Shown: piece after piece, positions 10,067 through 20,846 of the stretch
How the letters are laid out: each line of letters opens with the position of its first letter
Position numbering within the stretch: the stretch's first letter is position 1
From: a candidate division WOR-3 bacterium
GTDB taxonomy: Bacteria; Hydrothermota; 32-111
Assembly: GCA_039804105.1 (NCBI GenBank)
Contig: JBDRZU010000001.1
Location: forward strand, 1,152,001-1,216,000
Direction: 5' to 3'
DNA: 64,000 bases
The notes under the pieces: generated by a model
The model's database searches: none
What the model was told of the DNA's origin: nothing
Seen by the model: only the letters and a program-made list of their open reading frames with translations
Program-made: the position numbers and the translations under genes

Positions 10067-11439
10067 TCAACCTTTTTATAATATTTTTCAATATTTTCGT
10101 CTCTAATTCTTTTTAACTCCTCTTTCGGGAATATTGAAAGGAGTTTCCATCCAAGATTTAAAGTTTGTTCAATCGTTCTATTTTCATAATCACCCTGTGA
10201 TATATACTGTTCTTCAAAATCCTGTGCAAACTTCAAGTAAACCTTGTCCATATCAGTCAAAGCACTCTCTCCAAGAATAACTGCAAGTTCTTCTGCCTCT
10301 TTTCCTCTTGCATAGGAAGCGTATAGTTGGTTGAAAAGATCAGCATGATCCTCTCTTGTTTTCCCTTTTCCAATACCTTTATCCTTTAACCTTGAAAGAG
10401 ATGGCAAAATATCAACTGGTGGTGAGATCTTTTTTCTGTTCAACGATCTTGAAAGAATTATCTGTCCTTCTGTGATATATCCAGTAAGATCAGGTATCGG
10501 ATGTGTTTTATCATCTTCAGGCATTGTTAAAATTGGAATCAGAGTTATTGAACCTTTTTTTCCTTTTATCCTACCAGCCCTTTCATATATGGTGGAAAGA
10601 TCTGTATAAAGGTAACCCGGATAACCTCTTCTTCCCGGAACCTCTTTTCTTGCTGCTGAAATTTCTCTCAACGCTTCGCAATAGTTCGTCATATCGGTTA
10701 AAATAACGAGAACATGCATATCATGTTTGAATGCCAAAAATTCTGCTGTTGTCAAAGCAACTCTTGGAGTTGCGATTCTTTCAATCGCAGGATCATCAGC
10801 AAGATTTAAAAATAAAACTGCTCTTGTAATAGCACCTGTTTTTTTAAAATCATCTATGAAAAATTGTGCTTCCTCAAAAGTTATTCCCATCGCTCCAAAA
10901 ACAACAGCGAACTGTTCATCTTTCCCAAGAACTGTTGCCTGTCTTGCGATCTGCGCTGCCATTTTGTTGTGTGGAAGTCCACTTCCAGAAAATATTGGGA
11001 GTTTCTGTCCTCTAACAAGAGTATTCAATCCATCAATCGTTGAAATTCCTGTTTGAATAAACTCGTTTGGATAATCTCTTGCATAAGGATTTATCGGTGC
11101 ACCGTTTATATCAAGATTTTCTTCTGGAATTATCCTGTCATTTTCAGTTTTTGGTCTTCCAAGACCATTGTAAACTTTTCCAAGCATATCCTTTGAAACA
11201 CCGATATTTATTCCGTGTCCTAAAAATCTTGTTCTTGTTTTATCAATATCGATTCCAGTTGTTCCTTCAAAAACCTGAACTAAAGCTTTATCCTGATTAA
11301 CTTCAAGAACTTTTCCATTTTTCTTGCTTCCATCAGGGAGTTCAATTTCAACAAGTTCTTCATACTTCACACCACTGACTCCTTCAACAAGAATCAATGG
11401 ACCCATTATGTTTACAAGACCTTTGTATTCCTTTATCAT
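10063..11439 (-). CDS. ntpB: V/A-type ATP synthase subunit B
   Basis: [46 protein letters not shown]. Confidence 0.97.
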   Translation of the reverse strand: MIKEYKGLVNIMGPLILVEGVSGVKYEELVEIELPDGSKKNGKVLEVNQDKALVQVFEGTTGIDIDKTRTRFLGHGINIGVSKDMLGKVYNGLGRPKTENDRIIPEENLDINGAPINPYARDYPNEFIQTGISTIDGLNTLVRGQKLPIFSGSGLPHNKMAAQIARQATVLGKDEQFAVVFGAMGITFEEAQFFIDDFKKTGAITRAVLFLNLADDPAIERIATPRVALTTAEFLAFKHDMHVLVILTDMTNYCEALREISAARKEVPGRRGYPGYLYTDLSTIYERAGRIKGKKGSITLIPILTMPEDDKTHPIPDLTGYITEGQIILSRSLNRKKISPPVDILPSLSRLKDKGIGKGKTREDHADLFNQLYASYARGKEAEELAVILGESALTDMDKVYLKFAQDFEEQYISQGDYENRTIEQTLNLGWKLLSIFPKEELKRIRDENIEKYYKKVE

Positions 11440-11449
11440 TCAAACTCCT

Positions 11450-13210
11450 TTATACATTTTTCAAAAGATTCTCAAATTCTTCATCTATCTCTTTTTTGAT
11501 AAGATCGATAGTATCAATTTTTTCTACTGGAGTATATTTCATCCTCGCTATTCTATCTCTAACCTTCATATTTTCTATATCAACTATGTTAACCCCCTTT
11601 TGTAAATACTCCTTCCCTCTGTTATAAAAATACTGGATCACATCTATCATCTTATGTTGTTTATCGATTCTTGAATATGTATCTATTTCATGGAAAGCGT
11701 TCTGATGTAAAAAGTCCTCTCTGATCATCCTTGCTACAAGAAGAATCAGTCTATCTGAGCCACTTAGAGCATCAACTCCAACAAGTCGAACGATCTCTTC
11801 AAGTTCTGCTTCCTCTTCAAGCAATCTCATCGATTTTCCTTGAAGATCAAAATAATCTTCTGCAATATTTTTTACAATGTAATCTTTAATATTATCGATA
11901 TACAACGAATATGAATTTAACCAGGAAATTGCTGGGAAATGTCTTCTATAAGCAAGTTGTGCTTCAAGTGACCAGAAAACTTTTACAACTCTTAAAGTCG
12001 CCTGAACAACAGGATCTGAAAGATCACCACCTGGTGGTGAAACAGCTCCTATAACTGTTAAAGCACCCTCTCTTTCCTGTGTGGAAAGACATTTTACTCT
12101 TCCAGCTCTTTCATAGAATGATGCAATTTTTGCTGCAAGGTATGCAGGATAACCCTCCTCACCTGGCATCTCTTCCAACCTTCCAGATATTTCTCTCATT
12201 GCCTCTGCCCATCTTGAAGTTGAATCAGCCATTAAAGCAACAGAATAACCCATATCTCTAAAATATTCCGCGATTGTTATTCCTGTATAGACAGATGCTT
12301 CTCTTGCAGCAACTGGCATATTTGATGTATTTGCTATCAGTATGGTTCTTTTCATCAACGGCTCACCAGATTTGGGATCAACAAGTTCTGGAAATTCCAG
12401 AAGCACATCTGTCATCTCGTTTCCTCTCTCTCCACAACCAATATAAACTATAACCTCAGCATCAGCCCATTTTGCAAGTTGGTGTTGTATAACCGTCTTC
12501 CCTGATCCAAAAGGACCCGGAACACATGCTGTCCCACCTTTTGAAATCGGGAAAAACATATCAATAACTCTCTGACCTGTAAACATTGGAACCGTTGGGG
12601 AGAGTTTTTCAAGGTATGGTCTTGGTTTTCTAACAGGCCATTTTTGGATCATATTTATTTTGTATTCTTTATCCTTATTTTTCAAAACAACAACTGTATC
12701 CTCAACTTTAAACTCACCATCTTTGATTTCAACAACCTCACCTGAAAAATCTGGTGGGACCATTATATAATGTTTTATCAAACTTGTTTCCTGAACATAG
12801 CCGAGTTTATCACCTTCTGAAACTTTTTCACCTTTTTTCACAAGAGGATTGAATTTCCATTTCTTTTCTCTATCGAGTGCATTAGTTTGAACTCCTCTTG
12901 TTATAAAATCTCCTACTTTTGAATATATCTTATCCAAAGGTCTCTGTGTTCCATCATATATCGATTCTATTAGTCCCGGCCCTAATTCAACTGAAAGTGG
13001 TGCTCCAGTTGGATAAACAGGTTCTCCAACTCCTATACCTGAAGTTTCCTCGTAAACCTGAATGTATGCTGTTTCGCCATTTAGTTCGATTATCTCACCC
13101 ATTAATTTCATATCTGATACAAGCACCACATCATACATTTTTGCACCAAGCATATTATCAGCAACAACAAGTGGTCCAGCAACTTTTATTATTTTTCCTA
13201 TCTTTTCCAT
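11450..13210 (-). CDS. ntpA: V/A-type ATP synthase subunit A
   Basis: GPFGSGKT Walker [24 protein letters not shown]. Confidence 0.97.
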   Translation of the reverse strand: MEKIGKIIKVAGPLVVADNMLGAKMYDVVLVSDMKLMGEIIELNGETAYIQVYEETSGIGVGEPVYPTGAPLSVELGPGLIESIYDGTQRPLDKIYSKVGDFITRGVQTNALDREKKWKFNPLVKKGEKVSEGDKLGYVQETSLIKHYIMVPPDFSGEVVEIKDGEFKVEDTVVVLKNKDKEYKINMIQKWPVRKPRPYLEKLSPTVPMFTGQRVIDMFFPISKGGTACVPGPFGSGKTVIQHQLAKWADAEVIVYIGCGERGNEMTDVLLEFPELVDPKSGEPLMKRTILIANTSNMPVAAREASVYTGITIAEYFRDMGYSVALMADSTSRWAEAMREISGRLEEMPGEEGYPAYLAAKIASFYERAGRVKCLSTQEREGALTVIGAVSPPGGDLSDPVVQATLRVVKVFWSLEAQLAYRRHFPAISWLNSYSLYIDNIKDYIVKNIAEDYFDLQGKSMRLLEEEAELEEIVRLVGVDALSGSDRLILLVARMIREDFLHQNAFHEIDTYSRIDKQHKMIDVIQYFYNRGKEYLQKGVNIVDIENMKVRDRIARMKYTPVEKIDTIDLIKKEIDEEFENLLKNV

Positions 13211-13220
13211 AACTACTCCA

Positions 13221-13544
13221 TTATTTTTCTTTCATTACATCAACACCAACTGCTTTTATTATCGACTTTCTCAAAAGTTCTATTGCATAATCGTTTCTTT
13301 CTTTAAGTCCTGGTAACACAACAATAGATGGTAGCGGTAGAGAAAGATATTTTTTTATCTGATTATCGAGTGATTTTGCAAGAGATTCTGTTATGAATAT
13401 TATTCCATATCCTGACTTAACGAGTTTATTCAGAATCTCACTCGCTTCTTCAGTTTTTTCAACTGGAAAAACGTCTACCCCTATCGCTTTAAATATCAGC
13501 ATAACATCGTTTTCACCTATCGCACCAATTTTTGCTTTATTCAT
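13221..13544 (-). CDS. V/A-type ATP synthase subunit F
   Basis: 107 aa KIGAIG..FKAIGVD..IIFITE..KAVGVD; position between C and A. Confidence 0.9.
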   Translation of the reverse strand: MNKAKIGAIGENDVMLIFKAIGVDVFPVEKTEEASEILNKLVKSGYGIIFITESLAKSLDNQIKKYLSLPLPSIVVLPGLKERNDYAIELLRKSIIKAVGVDVMKEK

Positions 13545-14560
13545 AATTGAGGTATCCTGTTTTTTATCTTTTCTTTTGGTATGTTATTCACAACACCTGT
13601 AAAAATGATATTTAAAGATCTTGTTTCAAATCTCTTTTTTATGAAAAAGAAGAGTATCCTTTCAAGTGTTGGTAAAAACTCTTCAGATTTCGATAGAAAA
13701 TCGAGAACAAACTTCTCTTCATTTTTTTCAAAAGATGTAAAAGTTTTTTCTGAAAATACAAGAAATGCTCCCTCCATTATCATTCTGACATAATCACTCT
13801 TTTCGAGTTCATTTGCAAAATAATCAAGGTTTTCATTTTCATATTTTTCAAAAAATCCGAGTGGTAAAAATCCTTCAGGGTATATAAAATCTTTGAATCT
13901 TAACTTCAACGAAGACACTTTCACTCTATAAACATTTTTGATATTCAGCATATCAACTCTATGCCTGAAAAGTTTTAAAAGAAGATCTGAACCTGATAAA
14001 CTGATATATTTTAAAAGTTTTTCAAAAAATAACTGCTCAAGTTTCAATTCGACAAGTTTTAAGTTTTCCCTTTCAGGTTTTAATGTGTAAGCATACTCTA
14101 AAACTTCTCTAATATTCCCCTCAAGTTTTTCAAAATTACCAGTTTCATACGATTCTTTTAAACTCTCATAAGAATATGTTGAGTGCAGAAAAATTTCTTT
14201 CAAATCTTTGTTCAGAATAACAGATTTTATGATAACTTTGACATTGTGTATATCTCTGTCAAGAACAAGAAAATTTATCAGTTTTTTATCTTTATCAAGA
14301 AGATTTTTTTGAAGATAATCGATTGTTAGATGATTTTCTTTTTCAAGAACTATCGAGAAGTCCCTGTGTTTTTTTAAATCTTCAGTGTAAACTGAATAGT
14401 ATGTTTCAGAAATATTTTTTATAAATTCATCAAAAGAGTTTGACATTATCAATCTTTCAAATTGTTCTTTTGTTAAAAATTCTTTTTCTCTCTGGACGAG
14501 TTCTCCAAAGTTAAAAAGGTAATCAGTTTTTTCTTTCAGTTTAACCTCAAAAGAGTTCAA
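13541..14560 (-). CDS. ntpC: V/A-type ATP synthase subunit C
   Basis: 339 aa, D.HNVK..IK and D.LNIK..YR repeats; operon position. Confidence 0.85.
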   Translation of the reverse strand: MNSFEVKLKEKTDYLFNFGELVQREKEFLTKEQFERLIMSNSFDEFIKNISETYYSVYTEDLKKHRDFSIVLEKENHLTIDYLQKNLLDKDKKLINFLVLDRDIHNVKVIIKSVILNKDLKEIFLHSTYSYESLKESYETGNFEKLEGNIREVLEYAYTLKPERENLKLVELKLEQLFFEKLLKYISLSGSDLLLKLFRHRVDMLNIKNVYRVKVSSLKLRFKDFIYPEGFLPLGFFEKYENENLDYFANELEKSDYVRMIMEGAFLVFSEKTFTSFEKNEEKFVLDFLSKSEEFLPTLERILFFFIKKRFETRSLNIIFTGVVNNIPKEKIKNRIPQL

Positions 14561-15138
14561 CTCTTCTCCTCTTCAAAAAGTTTCTTGTTCGTCTTCAAAT
14601 AAAGTTCATCATACAGAAAATCAAACTCATCTTCAGGAGATATTATGTATACTGTCTTGTTTGAAATTATCTTCAAACCCTTCTCAAAGTCTGGTTCAAT
14701 AGAAGATTTTTTGAGTTTTTTCGATAATTCCTTTGTAATAAATTTTTCATCTATTCGCTTCTCACTCTTCCCTATTATAAACTCTCCATCTTCTATCTTT
14801 TCTTTCTGTATGGACTTTTTCACAAATTCCTGAAAGGTTTTTTCATCAAGATTTTCAATTTCTTTTTTTAATTTTTTAAGAACATATTCAATATGCTCTT
14901 TTTTTCTTTTTAAAACTTCCTGTTTTAACAAAGATTCCTGAGTATAGAAAGAGTTTGAAAATGTTTCTTTATAAACCTGTTCTGATCTCATCTTATAATT
15001 GTCGATTATCTTTTTTGCTTTTTCTTTTGCTTCATTCAAAATTTTCTCTCTTTCCTGTTTTGCTTCAATAAGAATTTTTTCTTTTTCAGTCAAAGCATCA
15101 TCAAGAATCTTTTTGGAAAGATTATCTAACTGAACCAT
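14557..15138 (-). CDS. ntpE: V/A-type ATP synthase subunit E
   Basis: N-terminal coiled coil (KILDDA..EAK); size and operon position. Confidence 0.8.
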   Translation of the reverse strand: MVQLDNLSKKILDDALTEKEKILIEAKQEREKILNEAKEKAKKIIDNYKMRSEQVYKETFSNSFYTQESLLKQEVLKRKKEHIEYVLKKLKKEIENLDEKTFQEFVKKSIQKEKIEDGEFIIGKSEKRIDEKFITKELSKKLKKSSIEPDFEKGLKIISNKTVYIISPEDEFDFLYDELYLKTNKKLFEEEKS

Positions 15139-15146
15139 ATTTCCTC

Positions 15147-15689
15147 TTATAGTTTAACTGCGTTTATCAAGAAGAATGATACGAGAAGGCCCAAAACTGC
15201 ATAGGTTTCAATCAAAGCAGCGTTGATAACACCTTTCATAGATTGATCAGCTCTTTTCGAAACAAGTGCAACACCAGCAGCACATGTCTTTCCCTGATAT
15301 ATTGCTGAGATCAAGCCAGCAACTGCAACCGGGAGTGCTGCGATAAAGAGTGCAAGTCCCTGATTGAAAGTCGAAACCATTGTAAGTTTACCAAGAATCA
15401 AAAACGCTCCAACGAATCCATAAAATCCCTGTGTTCCAGGAAGCGCTACAAGCAAAAACAATGCACCAAACTTTTCAGGTGATTCTGAAAGAACACCATC
15501 TGCTGCTTTTGCTGGATAACTTATACCAAAAACTGATCCGATTCCTGCAAGTAATGCTGCAATCGCTGCACCAAGTAAAGCAAAAATGAATCCCCATGGG
15601 GAAGATTTTACAACTTCGGTTGTTGTGTTAACAACATTCGTTGTATCAACCTGAGTAAAAACTGTTTGAAGTAAAATAAGATTATCCAT
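15147..15689 (-). CDS. ntpK: V/A-type ATP synthase subunit K (4-TM proteolipid)
   Basis: LPGTQG, AIYQGK, IETYAV motifs. Confidence 0.93.
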   Translation of the reverse strand: MDNLILLQTVFTQVDTTNVVNTTTEVVKSSPWGFIFALLGAAIAALLAGIGSVFGISYPAKAADGVLSESPEKFGALFLLVALPGTQGFYGFVGAFLILGKLTMVSTFNQGLALFIAALPVAVAGLISAIYQGKTCAAGVALVSKRADQSMKGVINAALIETYAVLGLLVSFFLINAVKL

Positions 15690-15698
15690 TATTCCTCC

Positions 15699-17693
15699 TT
15701 AATCTTCGATTATAGTTATATATTTGTATTCCTCTTTAAACTCTCTGAAAGGAACTCCACCACCTGAATAGAACTTGTTGAAAAATTCAACAAAATGTAA
15801 TCTCAGTGTATGGACAAAACCTCCAAGAAGGTTGATCGCAAGATTGAAAAGATGTCCAAAAAGCAGAACCGTTATTGTTAAAATTGGTCCAAGAACTTTT
15901 ACTCCGGACATTGAAAATGCTATCTTATTTATCGCAACACCGATACCTGCACTTGTAAGTCCTAAAGCCATCAATCTTATGTAAGACAAAATATCTCCAA
16001 CATAGGATGAAAGCCCTCCAACAATTGTTGCATTTAAAATCCCCATAAAAATTCTCATAAACCAACTCTTTTCATTCCTGTTCGAAAAGATCACTATAAT
16101 TATCGCTGAAATAAGAGTAATAAATCCAAGTATTTTCACAATAAACATTGGAACAAGTGGTTTTGTAACAATATTCATACTTACAGCCATTTCTGTTCCA
16201 AGAAACATTAAAACAACAGAACCAATGTATGTTATCCAGACAAAACCATCAAAAAATGCTGTTTGATAATCCCTTCTAAAAAGGTTATCAAAAAATTTTA
16301 TAGCAAGACCAAAAAGAACATGTATAACTCCAAGTAGAAGTGATAATCTAAAAAAGTTCATCGCACCTTCAAAAGTGTTCACGGGATCACCGAGAAGTGC
16401 AACTTTTGAAGAGTATTTCCCAAGATTAATATAGTTAGGCAGATCTCCAAACCAGCCGGAGAACAATGCACCCATAATCAAAGTCCAGAACCCCCCATAA
16501 AACATAAGTTGTATCAAACCACCTCTTGTCTTTGGGATTTTTATCAAAAGGATCAGAGTTATGATCATCAAAATTAAACCGTACACAGCATCAGTAATAC
16601 ATAGTCCAAAAAATAATCCAAAGAAAACTCCGATGAATGGTGTTGGATCTATTTCATAGTATCGTGGAACACCAAACATTGAGGTAACAATTTCAAATGG
16701 TTTTATTGGTTTTCTGTTTTCAAGAATTATTGGTGGTTCCTCTCCCTCTTCTGGTTCAATTTCAAAAATCTCAATATATTGAAGGTTTTCTTTTAACTTT
16801 TTAACTTTTTCAAAATCTTCCTGTTTTATCCAGAGCGTATAGAAAGAAGTTTTGTCAGTTTTGAAACTATCAAAGAATATATCGTAAAGTTTTTCCTGTT
16901 CCAATGAATATTCCAGATAAACAGTTATATCTTTTTCATATTTTTCCATTAAAATTTTTATTTTTTCAGAAAGTTTTTTCTGATCTTCTTCAAGATGATG
17001 TATCTGATCTCTTTTTAGAAGTATATTTTCTTCTATCGTTCCTGTCAGATTTTCAAAAATTGCATTTTCAAATGCTGACTTCAAAAGGATTTCTTCAACA
17101 GAATCTTTTTCTGCGTTCAAATAACCAACTATATAGTATGCAAAATCGTTATCAGAATATATCTCTTCGATTGAAACATTTTTTCCTTCAAAACTTTTTT
17201 GAAAATCTTCTTTTTTTATATTTTTAAGATTTATCTTTCCAAGAAGAAATGTATAGTTATCAAAAACTCGTATATCCTCAAGTTTCCCCGAATAAACATT
17301 CCAGACCGCAAGATGGTTTATCTCACTTTTTAGATTTTTTATTTTTGAGTTTATATCCTCTATTTTTGAGTCGGTATCCACTATATCTTTTGCTACATTC
17401 AGGATATTATCGTTTTTCGAAATCTGAATGTATTCACTTCTTTTTACGACAATTTTTCCCTGTTTTACTAAATATTTAAAAATCCCTCTATATTTGTTGA
17501 TAACATCCAAACTCGTTTCAAGGATTTTAACATCATCATTGTATTTTTTTACTTTTACACTTAAATCTTTATCAAAATATTGATTAAATGGACGAACCTC
17601 TACAAAAAAATTTGTTTTCAGTTTTTCCAAAACATCCTTTTCACTATCTTTATGGGTGACAAGGAGTAATTTTTTTAGTTTTGCAACAGCCAT
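15699..17693 (-). CDS. ntpI: V/A-type ATP synthase subunit I
   Basis: EIDPTPF, DILSYIRLMALGL, HTLRLHFVEFFNKFY. Confidence 0.95.
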   Translation of the reverse strand: MAVAKLKKLLLVTHKDSEKDVLEKLKTNFFVEVRPFNQYFDKDLSVKVKKYNDDVKILETSLDVINKYRGIFKYLVKQGKIVVKRSEYIQISKNDNILNVAKDIVDTDSKIEDINSKIKNLKSEINHLAVWNVYSGKLEDIRVFDNYTFLLGKINLKNIKKEDFQKSFEGKNVSIEEIYSDNDFAYYIVGYLNAEKDSVEEILLKSAFENAIFENLTGTIEENILLKRDQIHHLEEDQKKLSEKIKILMEKYEKDITVYLEYSLEQEKLYDIFFDSFKTDKTSFYTLWIKQEDFEKVKKLKENLQYIEIFEIEPEEGEEPPIILENRKPIKPFEIVTSMFGVPRYYEIDPTPFIGVFFGLFFGLCITDAVYGLILMIITLILLIKIPKTRGGLIQLMFYGGFWTLIMGALFSGWFGDLPNYINLGKYSSKVALLGDPVNTFEGAMNFFRLSLLLGVIHVLFGLAIKFFDNLFRRDYQTAFFDGFVWITYIGSVVLMFLGTEMAVSMNIVTKPLVPMFIVKILGFITLISAIIIVIFSNRNEKSWFMRIFMGILNATIVGGLSSYVGDILSYIRLMALGLTSAGIGVAINKIAFSMSGVKVLGPILTITVLLFGHLFNLAINLLGGFVHTLRLHFVEFFNKFYSGGGVPFREFKEEYKYITIIED

Positions 17694-18004
17694 CAGTTCA
17701 AAAACTCCTTAACAAGTTCTTTTAACACTTTTTCTTTTTTTGCTTCTGCTTTTTTGTCTATATCTTTGATCATTTTTTCATAATCTTTCTTTATTTCTTC
17801 GATTTTTGTTTTTGAATCATTAAAAGCATCCTCTTTTGCTTTTTCAATAATCTTTTGCCCTTCTTTTTCTGCATCGATCAAGATCTTTTTTGCCTCAACC
17901 TCACTTTTGGAAATTATTTCTGTCTTCTCTTTCAAAGCGAGATTTATTATCTCTTTTGCCTTTTCTTCCGATTCTTTTATCGATTTAATGATGGACTCAA
18001 CCAC
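17693..18004 (-). CDS. V/A-type ATP synthase subunit G/H (peripheral stalk)
   Basis: Charged coiled coil; probable GTG start at 18004 after AAGGAG; first gene of operon. Confidence 0.8.
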   Translation of the reverse strand: MVESIIKSIKESEEKAKEIINLALKEKTEIISKSEVEAKKILIDAEKEGQKIIEKAKEDAFNDSKTKIEEIKKDYEKMIKDIDKKAEAKKEKVLKELVKEFLN

Positions 18005-18029
18005 AAAAAACTCCTTTTTAAAAATAAAA

Positions 18030-18057
18030 ATTATACCTGATAAGAATTTATTGTCAA
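18030..18057 (-). promoter_or_regulatory. Sigma70-type promoter of the V-ATPase operon
   Basis: Minus strand TTGACA-16bp-TATAAT. Confidence 0.7.
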
Positions 18058-18102
18058 GTTTATAACCTGATTGACAATTTTTCAAATCAAAAAAGAGTTT
18101 TA

Positions 18103-18130
18103 TTGAAAAATTTTTTAAGAGTGTTAAAAT
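18103..18130 (+). promoter_or_regulatory. Promoter of the DAG kinase-family gene, probably leaderless
   Basis: TTGAAA-16bp-(TGn)TAAAAT, 6 nt before ATG 18137; no SD. Confidence 0.55.
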
Positions 18131-18136
18131 TTTAAT

Positions 18137-19021
18137 ATGAAAAAATATCTTGTTATCATCAATCCACAGGCAGGGAAGGGAAGAGGACTAAAGATTTTAA
18201 AACAGGTCGAAAAGGTTTTAAAAGAACTTGAAATTAACTTCATCATAAAATATACAAAAGAAAAATTTGATGCTGAAAAAAATCTAAAGAAATGGGTTTC
18301 CGAAGATATTACAGACCTTGTTGTTATAGGTGGTGATGGAACTTTAAATGAGATAGTAAACGGAATGTTTCCTTTAAACTATCCTGTAAGATTTATAAGC
18401 ACTGGAACAGGTAATGATTTTATCAAATCGATTAATCTTGTAACTTTAAAAGAACTTTTTACTACAGAAAAATTTTCACACTTAAACCTATTTTCAATAA
18501 ACGATAAAATTGGTGTAAACGCAATCGGAATCGGTTTTGACGGTGAAGTTATTGAGGATATGGATAAAAAGAATCTAAAACTAAAAGGACTTTTCGCCTA
18601 TATGGTTTTCGTCCTTTTAAAACTCTTCACATATAAACCTCCAAAAGTAAAGATAAGTATTGATAAAGGAAAGGAAGTTTTAAAAGATAAATTTTATATA
18701 ACATGTATAAGTAATGGAAAAGCAGTTGGAGGAGGATTCTTTTTAACACCTGACGCAAAACCTGATGATGATAAACTTGATATATGTCTTATAAAACATG
18801 TTCCATTTTATTTGAAACCTTATTATCTTTTAAAAGTTCTTTTAAAAAAACATAAAGATGATAAACATGTAATTATGAAAAGAATCGAGGAAATAATTAT
18901 TGAAACAAAAAATGAATTAAAAGGTCAAATAGATGGACAATTTATTAAAAGTAAAAAATTTTATATAAGAATATTAAAAGAAAAACTGAGATTGGTAGCA
19001 CACCACCCTGAGATCAAATAA
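18137..19021 (+). CDS. Diacylglycerol/lipid kinase family protein (YegS/DagK-like)
   Basis: NPQAGKG, GGDGTLNE, GTGNDF, GIGFDG, QIDG. Confidence 0.9.
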   Translation: MKKYLVIINPQAGKGRGLKILKQVEKVLKELEINFIIKYTKEKFDAEKNLKKWVSEDITDLVVIGGDGTLNEIVNGMFPLNYPVRFISTGTGNDFIKSINLVTLKELFTTEKFSHLNLFSINDKIGVNAIGIGFDGEVIEDMDKKNLKLKGLFAYMVFVLLKLFTYKPPKVKISIDKGKEVLKDKFYITCISNGKAVGGGFFLTPDAKPDDDKLDICLIKHVPFYLKPYYLLKVLLKKHKDDKHVIMKRIEEIIIETKNELKGQIDGQFIKSKKFYIRILKEKLRLVAHHPEIK

Positions 19022-19022
19022 C

Positions 19023-19075
19023 TTGACTTTTTTAAAAAATAAATTATAATTATTCAAAAATTGTAATTGTTTTAA
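19023..19075 (+). promoter_or_regulatory. Promoter with putative PerR/Fur boxes
   Basis: TTGACT-16bp-TATAAT; TTATAATTATTCAAA (19044-19058, 2 mismatches to TTATAATnATTATAA) and TTGTAATTGTTTTAA (19061-19075, 3 mismatches). Confidence 0.55.
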
Positions 19076-19084
19076 ATTTGTAAT

Positions 19085-19723
19085 ATGAACAACAAAAATG
19101 AACTTATTAACATTTATAAAAAAATCAAAAATGATATTTTAAAAAGATTGGAGGAGTTTAAATTTAATGGAAAGAATATGTCAGATCAGGAACTTTTGTA
19201 TGAAATGTTTTTCTGTTTGTTGACACCTCAATCAAAGGCAACACTCTGTTGGGAATCTGTTGAAAATATTAAAAATAAAGGAAACAAGATTTTAAAAGAT
19301 CCTAACAAAATAAAAAATTGTCTTTATGGTGTCAGATTTCCAAACAATAAATCTTCATACATTCATAAATTTTATAATGAAAACTTTTTAAAAGATAATT
19401 TTTTTGAAAAATTAAAAAGTATCGAGTCAAATTTCGAAAAAAGAGAATTTTTAGTAAAAAATGTAAAAGGTATCGGATACAAAGAGGCAACACATTTTTT
19501 GAGGAATATTGGTTATGGAGAAGATCTTGCGATTCTTGATAGACATATATTGAAAAATTTAAAATCTTATTCTATAATTAAACAGATACCTTCTTCAATC
19601 TCTAAAAAAAGGTATCTTGAAATTGAGGAAAATATGAGAAACTTCTCGAAAAAGTTAAAAATTCCACTTGAACATCTTGATTTTGTGTTATGGTATAAGG
19701 AAAGAGGATTTATTTTCAAATGA
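19085..19723 (+). CDS. ogg: 8-oxoguanine DNA glycosylase/AP lyase (Ogg2-type N-glycosylase/DNA lyase)
   Basis: FCLLTPQSKA, VRFPNNK, VKGIGYKEATHFLRNIG (HhH with catalytic K), LAILDRHIL, LDFVLWY..G.IFK. Confidence 0.9.
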   Translation: MNNKNELINIYKKIKNDILKRLEEFKFNGKNMSDQELLYEMFFCLLTPQSKATLCWESVENIKNKGNKILKDPNKIKNCLYGVRFPNNKSSYIHKFYNENFLKDNFFEKLKSIESNFEKREFLVKNVKGIGYKEATHFLRNIGYGEDLAILDRHILKNLKSYSIIKQIPSSISKKRYLEIEENMRNFSKKLKIPLEHLDFVLWYKERGFIFK

Positions 19724-20136
19724 ATATAAAAAGAATTGATTATGATCAGATATTAAAAATACTTGAAGAAAAAGGAATATCTCCCTCTTTTCAAAGAATA
19801 AAAATTCTTGAATATCTTATTATAAACAGAACTCATCCATCAGTTGATGAAATTTTTAAAGATCTTGCACCTGAAATCCTTACTCTCTCTAAAACAACTG
19901 TTTATAATACACTAAAACTTTTTGCTGAAAAAGGTATTGTAAAAGTTTTGGGAATCGAAAAAGATTTTGCAAGATATGATATTGATATTTCTCCTCACTC
20001 ACATTTTAAATGTATCAAATGCGAAAAAATTTATGATATAAGAATAAACGACAATAAGGATTTGAAAATAGAAGATGGGTTTGAAAAACTTTATAGTGAA
20101 AACTATATTTATGGAATATGTAAAAATTGTAAATAG
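19720..20136 (+). CDS. perR: Fur-family regulator, PerR-like
   Basis: QRIKIL..HPSVDEI..TVYNTL; HSHFKC..C and C..C zinc site; context. Confidence 0.8.
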   Translation: MNIKRIDYDQILKILEEKGISPSFQRIKILEYLIINRTHPSVDEIFKDLAPEILTLSKTTVYNTLKLFAEKGIVKVLGIEKDFARYDIDISPHSHFKCIKCEKIYDIRINDNKDLKIEDGFEKLYSENYIYGICKNCK

Positions 20137-20144
20137 GAGGAAGA

Positions 20145-20846
20145 TTGGATACAAAAGCGCTTTTTAAACTTTCTTATGGAGTTTACCTTGTGTGTTCTTC
20201 TGATGGGGAAAAAGTTAATGGTCAAATTGCAAACACAATTTTTCAGATAACTTCAGAACCGATAACAGTTGCTGTGAGTATAAACAAAAATAACTATACA
20301 CATCAAATAATTGAAAAAGGAAAAAATTTTTCTGTATCAATACTTTCAGAACAAACACCTTTACAGTTTATCGGAAATTTTGGTTTTAAAACAGGAAGAG
20401 AGATAAATAAATTTGAAAATATAAAATATGAAACTGGAACAACAGGAGCACCAATAGTTAAAGATTTTTCAGTTGCGATACTTGAATTTAAGGTTGTTAA
20501 CAAATTTGATGTGAACACACATACACTTTTTATCGGTGAACTCGTTGATGCCTATATCATCGATAATAACCAGCAACCAATGACTTACGCTTTTTACCAT
20601 GAAGTTAAAAAAGGTAAAACCCAGAAGAATGCCCCTACTTATATTGAAGAGAAAAAGGAAAATCCTGAAAAAAAGGAGGAGAAGATGCAAAAGTATAAAT
20701 GTGAGGTTTGTGGTTATGTATATGATCCTGCTGCTGGTGATCCTGACAACGGAATAAAACCCGGTACACCTTTTGAACAACTTCCTGATGACTGGGTGTG
20801 TCCTGTTTGTGGTGCTTCAAAATCAGAGTTTATAAAGGAGAGTTGA
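20145..20846 (+). CDS. hrb: High-molecular-weight rubredoxin (flavin reductase + rubredoxin)
   Basis: Flavin reductase domain ([14 protein letters not shown]) plus C-terminal [21 protein letters not shown] start. Confidence 0.9.
   Translation: MDTKALFKLSYGVYLVCSSDGEKVNGQIANTIFQITSEPITVAVSINKNNYTHQIIEKGKNFSVSILSEQTPLQFIGNFGFKTGREINKFENIKYETGTTGAPIVKDFSVAILEFKVVNKFDVNTHTLFIGELVDAYIIDNNQQPMTYAFYHEVKKGKTQKNAPTYIEEKKENPEKKEEKMQKYKCEVCGYVYDPAAGDPDNGIKPGTPFEQLPDDWVCPVCGASKSEFIKES

Noticed and set aside
17693..18085. 130-aa version of the V-ATPase G/H subunit
   Set aside because: The extension overlaps the predicted promoter; GTG at 18004 has a good SD.
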